Positions 38,739 to 48,200 of a DNA stretch of 64,000 nt are shown in pieces; positions within the stretch are counted from its first letter, which is position 1; each line of letters starts with the position of its first letter. Source of the stretch: Nitrosopumilus sp. (GTDB taxonomy: Archaea > Thermoproteota > Nitrososphaeria > Nitrososphaerales > Nitrosopumilaceae); NCBI GenBank assembly GCA_965206745.1, contig OZ242220.1, forward strand, positions 64,001 through 128,000, written 5' to 3'. The translations under genes were made by a program, and so were the position numbers. A model generated the notes under the pieces. It had not been told where the DNA came from and did not search any database. It saw only the letters and a program-made list of their open reading frames with translations.

Positions 38739-40142
38739 TTGAGACTTGTAATAAAATACGGCGGAACATCAATCTCCACTGCCAAACATATTCAGGATGT
38801 GGCTGCCCACCTTGGTGAACTATCAAAGAACAATCAGATCGTTGTCGTCTGCTCTGCAACAAGCAGAACCACTGATGACTTGCTGGAGATATCCGAGTCG
38901 ATAAAAAAAGAAAACAAGTCTGCAGCCGAACAGCTGGCATCAAAAATCATCAATAGGCACAGGCAGCTGGCTGAACAGACCATCAAGAAACCTGACGTGC
39001 ATAAAAAATTACTGGCAAAACTCGACGAAGATTTTGTGGAACTTCTTGCTTTAATTGACGGAATGGTACTGTTAGGTGAGGTTACATCTAGGTCAAGGGA
39101 CTATCTGATTTCATTCGGTGAGAGACTGTCAACAAAATTAGTTTCAGCAGCAGTCAGTGATTCGGGAAAAAAATCAGTCCCCCTGACCGGAAAGGAGGCA
39201 GGCATTGTCACTGATTCCAATTTTGGAGAGTCAAAGCCATTAATGGACACGACAAGACTTCGAGTGTCAAAGACTATGGATGCATTACTGGCAAAGGAGA
39301 CGATTCCCGTTGTCGGGGGATTTGCAGGTGCAGACCAGCACGGACACATGACCACCTTTGGTAGGGGCGGATCTGACTATTCGGCCACAACAATAGGTTC
39401 CTGCATCAGGGCAGACGAGATCTGGCTGATGAGTGATGTGGACGGCCTGATGACTGCCGATCCAAAGATTGTAAAAAATGCCAAACTGCTCAAGGAAGTG
39501 TCATACATCGAGGTAATCGAGATGGCCTTGTTTGGTGCAAAGCAGATACATCCGCGGACATTTGAACCCCTGTTGGACAAGAAGATACCTATGAAGATCA
39601 GAAATTCCTTCAATATCAAAAATGAGGGAACCCTGGTCTCTGCATCCACCTCGTCTTCTGTCCAAAATACTGTAAAATGCGTGAGCAATGTTCGGAACAA
39701 CGGACTAATCGATGTAAGGGGCGGCAGCATGGTTGGAACACCCGGCACTGCTGCCAAGATATTTGCAACCCTGGCAAAAGCTGGAATCAACGTGATGATG
39801 ATCTCTCAAAACCCCTCTGAATCAAGCATAACCATCGTGCTGAAAAACGCCGATCTTGACAAAGCCGTCAGCGCACTGGAGATGACACTGCTGGGCAAAA
39901 TTATTAAAAAACTCGAAGTCACTACAAATGTTGCAATAATAGCGCTGATCGGTTCCGGAATGAGGGGAACAGTCGGGGTCGCATCCAAGGTCTTTGGTGC
40001 AATTGAGAAAAACAAGATAAACGTGTCAATGATTACGCAGGGTTCCTCTGAGCTCAACCTCGCATTTGTGGTAAAAAATTCTGATGCAGATGCGGCCGTC
40101 AAGGCGCTGCACGACGAGTTCACATTGGACAAAATCAACTAG
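38739..40142 (+). CDS. lysC: aspartate kinase
   Basis: KYGGTS, SFGERLS, GRGGSDYSA, DVDGLMTADP, two ACT domains. Confidence 0.95.
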   Translation: MRLVIKYGGTSISTAKHIQDVAAHLGELSKNNQIVVVCSATSRTTDDLLEISESIKKENKSAAEQLASKIINRHRQLAEQTIKKPDVHKKLLAKLDEDFVELLALIDGMVLLGEVTSRSRDYLISFGERLSTKLVSAAVSDSGKKSVPLTGKEAGIVTDSNFGESKPLMDTTRLRVSKTMDALLAKETIPVVGGFAGADQHGHMTTFGRGGSDYSATTIGSCIRADEIWLMSDVDGLMTADPKIVKNAKLLKEVSYIEVIEMALFGAKQIHPRTFEPLLDKKIPMKIRNSFNIKNEGTLVSASTSSSVQNTVKCVSNVRNNGLIDVRGGSMVGTPGTAAKIFATLAKAGINVMMISQNPSESSITIVLKNADLDKAVSALEMTLLGKIIKKLEVTTNVAIIALIGSGMRGTVGVASKVFGAIEKNKINVSMITQGSSELNLAFVVKNSDADAAVKALHDEFTLDKIN

Positions 40143-40176
40143 GGCAAATAATTTAAATGAATCAGTCTGAGAATAT

Positions 40177-41658
40177 TTGTTGAACAAGCTTCAATCTATC
40201 CTAATAGTTGCAATTTTCGTGGCAGGCGTGGTGCTCATATCCTCGTCAGCTGATCAATACGTCGATGCCGGTCCTAGAAAAAAAATTCAATTTACTGAAA
40301 CGATAACATCATCCCAAGATCCTGGCCAGGGGCATGAAGGTCACCAGTTGGCACTCATACTGTCCCCCAATGAGGGAACAATCTATACTGGTTCCATGAC
40401 GTTCACCTCTAGCGAGCCTGTGGAGATCATGATTTTACATGAGATTGATTCGCGGGAATCAAAAGGCCAGCCCACATGGACTGTGAATGGAAAAACAATA
40501 TACGGTATGTCCCTGATCGGCTTGGAGAGAAACTCGGGTTCATTTGAGTTTACAGGGGCAGCCGTTGCACTGCACAAGCCGGACTCTAAGGAATTCACCG
40601 CCACAGTAAGTGCTGATGGATGGATCAGGGGGCAGTATACAGAGGTGGCAATGCAAAAAATTGAACTGGAGGAGCAAGAGCCCACCCATCTGCTTTCAAG
40701 GACAAATGTGCCTGCCACCATTCCGATGCATGAGGGAATCCATGAGGGAGGTCCGGTATACTACATCATAACTGACGGCAGCGATGAGGGATACTCGGAG
40801 AGCCTTTCAGAAAAACAGGGATGGAATGTCGAGCTTGCCCCGCCACTTGCAGGTGTTCCAGAAAAGGCACTCCAAAAACTATACATCTTTAAAAACGGGG
40901 TAGAGGGAAATGGAATCCATGGATTTCAAAACGAGGTATTCTCTAGTACCCCATCACAGGAATCGCAGTACAGTGCTTTGAATTCCGTAATTGAAGTTAC
41001 CTGGAAGGTGGGCCAAAAGGAGACTGAATTTGAATCCGAAGCAGACATAATTACAGCAAAGGAGGGCGGCAGGATTGGATTTAACGAGACGGGAGTCGTT
41101 CTAAACGCACCGCAAATTATCTGGCCTGACGGACAGATGACGGTTCGTCCGGACAAGGAGATTACTGACGAGATGCCTTACAGTGGCGGGCAGATCACCG
41201 AAATCAACAAAGAGGAGATGACTGTCACTTTTGTAGCTCATCGGGGCTGGGGCCCTGATGGAAGAACTATCTACTATATCGTAACTGATGCAACGCCGTC
41301 AGGACCTGCCGAGACAATGGGCGTTGTGTCCTCCCCGAGGTCAGCACATCTGATTGCCCATTCCGGGGCAGTCGATCTGTTCCAGTTTAAGAATGGAATT
41401 CTCGGTTCTGGTCCGCTAGGATTTCAGCCGGGAATTGCCGGGGCCTCACTGGGGGATGCAAATTACAGCCCCATGTGGCGAATCTATCTGGTCGAATGGA
41501 ATGATGCAGAATCTGCCAAGATCCTCGAGACCAAGTCAGATATCGACTCTTTTCATGCAAAAGACCTGCTGTCAGTCAGTATCGCACGACCGACAAACAG
41601 CGATCATATAGTTAATTGCCCGTTTATTGATCCCTTCCAAAACCCACTAAAAGGATAA
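40177..41658 (+). CDS. exported hypothetical protein with two related C-terminal domains
   Basis: Signal peptide; YYI.TD...F.NG..G.G..GFQ...YS...V.W...N.P occurs twice. Confidence 0.75.
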   Translation: MLNKLQSILIVAIFVAGVVLISSSADQYVDAGPRKKIQFTETITSSQDPGQGHEGHQLALILSPNEGTIYTGSMTFTSSEPVEIMILHEIDSRESKGQPTWTVNGKTIYGMSLIGLERNSGSFEFTGAAVALHKPDSKEFTATVSADGWIRGQYTEVAMQKIELEEQEPTHLLSRTNVPATIPMHEGIHEGGPVYYIITDGSDEGYSESLSEKQGWNVELAPPLAGVPEKALQKLYIFKNGVEGNGIHGFQNEVFSSTPSQESQYSALNSVIEVTWKVGQKETEFESEADIITAKEGGRIGFNETGVVLNAPQIIWPDGQMTVRPDKEITDEMPYSGGQITEINKEEMTVTFVAHRGWGPDGRTIYYIVTDATPSGPAETMGVVSSPRSAHLIAHSGAVDLFQFKNGILGSGPLGFQPGIAGASLGDANYSPMWRIYLVEWNDAESAKILETKSDIDSFHAKDLLSVSIARPTNSDHIVNCPFIDPFQNPLKG

Positions 41659-41680
41659 ATTACTTGACAAAAAATTTCTT

Positions 41681-42481
41681 TTGAAATTGGCAGGCAAGCT
41701 CTACATCGTCGGTGTCGGACCAGGTCATCATGATCACATGACATTTCGTGCAAAAAAAGTAATCGGTGAGAGTGACACCATTGTCGGTTATGAGACCTAT
41801 GTAAACCTGGTCGCAGATCTCATTGAGGGCAAGACTGTCCATCGCTATGCCATGACACAGGAGGTGGAGAGGGCACACCAGTGCATTGATCTTGCAAAGT
41901 CTGGCAAGACCGTGTCGCTTGTCTCCAGCGGTGATCCCGGAATTTACGGAATGGCAGGACTCATCTATGAGACGCTTGCCGAATCTGGCTGGAGTCCAAA
42001 GGACGGGCTTGAGGTGGAGATTGTTCCAGGCGTATCTGCACTGAACTCATGTGCATCGATAATCGGCTCGCCACTGATGACTGACTTTGCAGTGGTAAGC
42101 ATGAGTGATCTGCTGGTTCCATGGGAGATCATTACAAAAAGGGTCGAGGCAGCCGCACAGGGCGACTTTGTGATCGTGATTTATAATCCTGCCAGCAAGA
42201 AGAGGATTCACCAGTTGCAGGATACGAGAAAGACCCTTTTAAAATACAGAAAGCCCACTACACCAGTTGCAATCATCAAGGGCGCATTTCGAGAGTCTGA
42301 GACTGTGGTCATGACGGATTTGGAGAACCTGCCTGACCATTCAGATCAGCTGGGCATGATTAGTACCGTAATTGTAGGAAACTCCTCAACATACACCTAC
42401 AAGGATCTGATGATTAATCCGCGGGGCTACAAGTCAAAATATAATTTAGAAGAGCAGACCAATCCGAACCTCAAAGTCTAA
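41681..42481 (+). CDS. cbiH: precorrin-3B C17-methyltransferase
   Basis: VGVGPG, VSSGDPGIYGMAG, SMSDLLVPW, IYNP.S..R, NPRGY. Confidence 0.93.
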   Translation: MKLAGKLYIVGVGPGHHDHMTFRAKKVIGESDTIVGYETYVNLVADLIEGKTVHRYAMTQEVERAHQCIDLAKSGKTVSLVSSGDPGIYGMAGLIYETLAESGWSPKDGLEVEIVPGVSALNSCASIIGSPLMTDFAVVSMSDLLVPWEIITKRVEAAAQGDFVIVIYNPASKKRIHQLQDTRKTLLKYRKPTTPVAIIKGAFRESETVVMTDLENLPDHSDQLGMISTVIVGNSSTYTYKDLMINPRGYKSKYNLEEQTNPNLKV

Positions 42482-43514
42482 AGCTCTTCCTTATCGCATC
42501 ACCCAGTTCCTTGTCAAGGTTTAACTTTTCCCTGATTGGGGAGATTATTTTTACCAAATAGTTTCCAACTGTCTGCTTCAAGTCTCCGGGATGCAGTTTT
42601 TTTTCCGCAAAATCCTTCTCCAATTCGGCGTAACTGCCGTATGATATGTTGCCGCCAAACTTTTCAGGCCTCTCCACCTTTACTTCACTGAACTGGTGAA
42701 GGATTATGGATCTTGAAATTTCCAGCAGTGGATTATTTTCGATGTTTGCCTCCTCGCACCATGCCTTGTTAATTTTCTTCCTTATCTCCTCATCGGAATC
42801 GTGAATAAACACGCCTGAATTTGGATCCGACTTGCTCATCTTGCCTATTCTGTCAGAGTCTGCAGGTTTCAAAAGTCCGGGTAATAGCTTGTGGTGGACA
42901 GCTACTGGCACCTTCCATTTCATCTTTGGGAATATCTCCCTGACTAGCATGTGGATCTTTCTTTGATCCATTCCGGCATGTGCAATATCCACATCCAGGG
43001 AATGAATATCTACTGCCTGCATTGCCGGATAGAGCAGTTTTGCCACGTCAATTTTTTTATCGTCCTCTGATCTCCCCATTATCGTCAGGGTTCTCATTGT
43101 CCTTGCAATGGACATGTGCTTTGTAAATCTCAAAAGCTCCGACCAGTACTCGGTCTTCTCCTCGTACAGTTTTGATCCCAGTACAATCTCTGCATCGGGG
43201 CAGACCAGTCTGAAGGCATCCTGGTAGTACTTTGAAACTTTTCTGATTGTCTCCCAGTCCCCTCCCAGCTTGTCGTTAATCAGGGTATGCCAGTCGGCAA
43301 GAAAAATCTTGCATCTCACTCCGGCCTTTGCAAAGTCGTTAATCTTAAAGCCCGTACTAATCAGGCTGCCAAGATGCAAAAAACCGGAGATCTCCAATCC
43401 GATGTAGTGTTTTGGCGATGGGTTGGTCTTGAGCAACTCTATCAGCTCTTCTTTTGTTACAATCTCCTCAGTAGGCGGTCTCTGAATCAGATCCACTTTT
43501 TCTGTAATATCCAA
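42471..43514 (-). CDS. tyrS: tyrosine--tRNA ligase
   Basis: YIGLEISG.LHLG, YPAMQAVD, GMDQRK, KMSKS. Confidence 0.96.
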   Translation of the reverse strand: MDITEKVDLIQRPPTEEIVTKEELIELLKTNPSPKHYIGLEISGFLHLGSLISTGFKINDFAKAGVRCKIFLADWHTLINDKLGGDWETIRKVSKYYQDAFRLVCPDAEIVLGSKLYEEKTEYWSELLRFTKHMSIARTMRTLTIMGRSEDDKKIDVAKLLYPAMQAVDIHSLDVDIAHAGMDQRKIHMLVREIFPKMKWKVPVAVHHKLLPGLLKPADSDRIGKMSKSDPNSGVFIHDSDEEIRKKINKAWCEEANIENNPLLEISRSIILHQFSEVKVERPEKFGGNISYGSYAELEKDFAEKKLHPGDLKQTVGNYLVKIISPIREKLNLDKELGDAIRKSFRL

Positions 43515-43600
43515 ACCAAAACAGCTTTTGAAAAGTAAACGTATAAAGTTATTCTAAATCCCAGTCTAGAAGGTTTGAATAGACGAGATCCTTCCTACTG

Positions 43601-43804
43601 TTGATGACTCTTGAGGAGGGACTGGAACTGATTGAAAACTACAAGAAAGGTCTTGAAAAGTTTCTTGAGACGTTGCCTGAACAGTCAGTGCAGCTAGGCT
43701 CAGAGATGATTCAGACACTGTCGATAAACTCGAAGAATCAGATCAAAAATCTGCAGGCAATAGAAGAGGCTCTGAGAAGAGAACCTAGATGCGAGCCTGA
43801 ATAG
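43601..43804 (+). CDS. small hypothetical protein
   Basis: 67-aa helical ORF with host-like codon usage. Confidence 0.65.
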   Translation: MMTLEEGLELIENYKKGLEKFLETLPEQSVQLGSEMIQTLSINSKNQIKNLQAIEEALRREPRCEPE

Positions 43805-43806
43805 TC

Positions 43807-43995
43807 CTACTTGCAGTTCTTTCTGTGCTTTCTTAGATCATCTGTGGTGTCAAATTCTGCTCCACACGCCCTGCATTTCTCTTTTTTCTTGTTGTGGGCT
43901 TTCTCCTGATGCCTCTTTAGTCTGTCAGAATCTGCAAGAACTGTCCCGCATTTTTTGCACTTTAACTCATTTTTACTAGAACCAAATAATCCCAC
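43807..43995 (-). CDS. small C2H2-type zinc-finger protein
   Basis: CKKC...H...H and CRAC...H...C. Confidence 0.8.
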   Translation of the reverse strand: MGLFGSSKNELKCKKCGTVLADSDRLKRHQEKAHNKKKEKCRACGAEFDTTDDLRKHRKNCK

Positions 43996-44068
43996 GTCTG
44001 AATTAGTCAGGCATAGTAGAAATAGTTTCTTATCGGATTGTATCTGAAGAATCTGCCTGGGCCTCTGC

Positions 44069-44641
44069 TTATTCCAAGCTCTTTCTCGGCTTTACACTGA
44101 GATAGAACGCATGGGTGCTGATGATGAATGCCGCAAGAAACACCTTGGTTGCAAAGACCAGATTCCATGGCCTGTCAGTATCCGGATAGGCAATTGACAG
44201 CCTGTCGATATCCGGAGTCGCCCCGCCTATGAATCCCGCAGTCATCTGCGCGTTTAGCACGGTAAAGTTGTACAGTACCTCATAGAGGCAGATAATTGAA
44301 AATCCCAGCAGCATCAGTTGGAGCAGTGCCATTCTTGCACCTACAATCTTGTCCCCTGCCGTCCTTCTCCATCCGATCCTTGAAACACAGTACCATCCAA
44401 TTATTGTGGAGAAAAATATCCAGGTCGTGACTCTTGCAAAATTTTCAAACGGAATGGTGGTATTGTGGATGGCCTCTCCCATGACATATGTCCCATTTTC
44501 AATCCATTCTGCCATGGTCACATATACCCCAAAGACCAGCGATGATGCCATTATGAATCCGGAGACATAGAAAATGTACAGATACACCCTGTAACTCGGA
44601 TCTGTCTTTTCAAGATAGCGCGGCTTCATGGTATCTGGCAA
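44069..44641 (-). CDS. membrane protein of unknown function
   Basis: Four TM helices; YEVLYNF and PWNLVFATK. Confidence 0.75.
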   Translation of the reverse strand: MPDTMKPRYLEKTDPSYRVYLYIFYVSGFIMASSLVFGVYVTMAEWIENGTYVMGEAIHNTTIPFENFARVTTWIFFSTIIGWYCVSRIGWRRTAGDKIVGARMALLQLMLLGFSIICLYEVLYNFTVLNAQMTAGFIGGATPDIDRLSIAYPDTDRPWNLVFATKVFLAAFIISTHAFYLSVKPRKSLE

Positions 44642-44899
44642 GTCTCGAAATATAAAAATTCATGTTTGTGTGCTGGGATCCGCATCATGCTGTTTTATGC
44701 CACTGAGGATTTGACAGACCAAGAATCTGTCCCTGGTTGGGCCTCCTTGGGCATTACATCCAAATGTGATTCAAAGATATCTAATCTGTTCCCTGATGGT
44801 ATTCTGCACTGCATCTCCCCTGTTCATGGCATACTCTATAGGTGTCCGGTGTGAAGAATTCCCAAGGACTGACTCGGATACTGGCATCTATGCGACTTT

Positions 44900-44964
44900 G
44901 TAATTTGGGACCTCTGCAGTTGCAGAGTTGAATGGGGGTCTGAATTCAGAAGAGATCCGTATCT
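44900..44964 (-). repeat. dispersed repeat family A, inverted degenerate copy
   Basis: Reverse complement AGATACGGATCTCTTCTGAATTCAGACCCCCAT..TCTGCAACTGCAGA parallels 14591-14670; TAATTTGGGACCT parallels TAATTTGAGACCT near 17857. Confidence 0.45.
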
Positions 44965-45260
44965 GGTGTCTTGTGTATCATGACTAGATGAGAATCCAAA
45001 TTTGAGGGACTTTTGAATCAGAACAAGTCCGTATTTGGTACCCAACCTCCAAAGACCTGACAGTACCCTCAGATTATACAGTTTACAATGAGGGAATGGC
45101 TGCATTTGATGCAGGAGATCCCCGGGATGACAGAATGGATATTGAGGCGATCAGGCAAACGAGCCTAAAGTGGAGGGTATTTGAATAGCATCATTTTTTG
45201 TCAAGACCGAAATGTTTGCAAACCTATTAAATATATATACTCAAGTGACAACTTTCCATT

Positions 45261-48200
45261 ATGAATAATGTTACATACGTGCTATTTGCCGTATGTATTG
45301 TATTTGCCTTTGTAATAGTTGCGACTCCTCCTGTATTTGCAGTTCATAGTATCTCAGATTCTCCTGGTGGCGGAGTGACTGATGTTCCGGCAGGGGTGGA
45401 ATATAGGTTTAACTTTAACACTACTGGGGTACAAACTGATCAATCTGAAAGTTGGACTGCCGTAAGTACCGAAGCTAGTTGTACGACCAATAGTGCTGCC
45501 ATTGATTCCGATGGAGTATTTACGTGGACTCCAGTCATTGCAGATGTAGGTAAAACATGTGGTTTTCAGATAATATCCACCGCGCTTAATGCTGACGGTA
45601 ATAGTCACAATAACTTCCCTACATTTCAATTCATGATAACCTCTCCACCAAACACTCCTCCCGTATTTGATCCCCTTCCAATGGGTTTCCCTACATCACT
45701 TGCTGCAGGTGATAGGGTATCATTTGTATTACGAGCTACAGATGCTGATAATGATGCTTTAACATCGGTGTTCACGCCGTCAGTGAGCTCTGATCCGAAT
45801 CTACGCATTGACGAGAACCGGCCACAAACTGGTACTAGCGTTTTTACTTTTACATGGACTCCCACTTTAGCTCAAGTTGGTCCGCATGACTTTACGATTA
45901 CAGTCAATGATCTAAATCCTGGTGGAAGAATCACTCTGCCGTTTACACTAGAGGTGACAGCACCACCGGCCAATCGCCTACCAACAATCTCACAGCCATC
46001 CGGTGTCAATCCCAATCCTAATGTAGGTGAAACAGTAGTGATTCCTTTTACTGCCACTGATCTTGACGATGATGAGATAACATGGCTTACATTTGGTGGT
46101 GGTAGATACCACGACGACGGAACGGCTGGAGACCGCGGTTACACCCTTGACCAAGACGGAGTATTCACATGGACTCCTCAGCTATCAGATTTAGATGTGA
46201 CATTCGTAAATATTGGTTTTGCTATTGTAGAAAATCATCAAGAGTTGGAGCGACCTCCAAATGGTGCTAATATACTCAATAATCAACATAACATTGATCG
46301 TATCACTATTCATACACTCGAATTTTTTGTCCAAAACAGAGCTCCAGAAATAGAGTTTCCACCTGACACACCTGAGATAGTTTACATAGACAGACTAGTA
46401 TCATTTGAACTGAGCGCCACGGATGAGGACGGCCATACTCCAAGTTTTACTTTAACCACCGACCTGAGTGCGACTATCACTCCAGGCGGGTCCTTTGAAT
46501 GGACGCCTGATGCATCTCTTCTTGGCACTACTCAGGAAGTTACATTTACGGCAGCGGATAATTCGCCAATTAGGCCAAGAGAAACGACTGAAACACGTTC
46601 ATTTGTCGTATCAGAGATTACACCTGACAATGAAGTGCCAGTTATTGTGATGTATGAGCCAGTCATACTAGAGGGTGAGGCCATTCCTTCACTGGCTGGT
46701 GCAGTTACAGACCCTATTGAACTTCCCATAGATGAAGAAATCGAATACCGAATCTTCAAGAGCTCGGATCTGCCTGATTACATTGTAGAATCCCTGAATT
46801 CTACAACCGGTAATTTCTTGGATGAAGACGGTGAAGCAGTGACGTTCCCATTTGGTACGACAGCTAGTAGCACCACCCTCTTCTTCTCTTGGACATACAT
46901 AGACGACACCGGAGAGTCACCACCCCAACCCCAGCTTGGCTCAATAACGGTAAACAACAACCCTGACCTGGTCCCGACAGTAACGCGTGGAAATGAAGGG
47001 TACGACATTGATGAGTACCGATTTACTGTGATAGATGATGGACCGATTCCTCCTCTATCCACAGTAGTTACAGACTATCCTACAGATCCTGCAGAGACAC
47101 CCGTATACGCCATTGTAGATCCTGGAAACTTGCCTACATTCTTTCTTCTAGAGTCTAACAACATACCTAGAACCTTTGTAGAACGTTTGAATGCAGATAC
47201 GGGTGCATTCCCAGCAACGTTTGCATGTGATTCTGCGCGTATCGGAATTCCTATTGTCTATACCTTTGGTTGGACCTTTACAGACAGTACCGGGACATCA
47301 CCTGTACAACGGGGTACCATAACATCGCAGATTAATTCAGTGGGATCCTGCATCACAGCAAACAATGATGTGCCTGACTTTGCTATATATGGTCCAGAGA
47401 ACTATCAGGGGACGACTCCTCACAGCCTCTCAGTTGCCGTATCTAACCCTCCTGAGAATCCCATAGATAGGACATCCGTATACACTATCATTAGGAACGA
47501 TGATGTGCCTGACTACATTTTAGACTCTCTGGATCCACAAACCGGTGACTTTGCAACCCAGATTAATTGTGATTCTCTCCCAGTGGAGCCACGTACGAAT
47601 TATCGATTCGGGTGGTCATATCAGGACGGCAGCGGAACATATGTGCAGAACAATGGCCAGATGAGGGTGAATATGAATTCAACATGCGCTCCACTTACAG
47701 CAGACAGAGATGAGGTTCCCACCCTTAATAGATATCAAGTCGAGGTCTTGGAAGGTCAGCCTATTCCACGCCTCTCAACTGCTGTAACAAACCCTTTTGA
47801 GGTTCCTGCAGTGACACATGAATATACTATAACCTCAGGAGAGTTGAGAAAGGTACAATACATTCGGGATTCCCTGGATTCTGCAACCGGTGGCTTTGGT
47901 GAGGTATTTAGCTGTGATACCGTATCTGCTGGTGAAAGTGAGAGGTATGATTTTGTTTGGTCATTTGAGGACGGTGTCAACTCAGTAGCGAGCGCTCCCG
48001 AAGGTACCATAACAGTAATTGATGATCCAAACTGCATGACAGAAATTACATCAACAAATGAGGTACCTATAGTTAGTATCTATGACGAGGATGCAGTCGA
48101 AGGACAGACCATTCCAAGCCTCTCAACTGCAGTATTTGACCCTCCTGAGAGTTCAACAGATGGGGCAATCAGATACGATATCACCGCAGGAGATTTATTT

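Noticed and set aside
44666-45105. ORFs 44666-44854 and 44836-45105
   Set aside because: No motifs; the region contains a family-A repeat and looks non-coding or decayed
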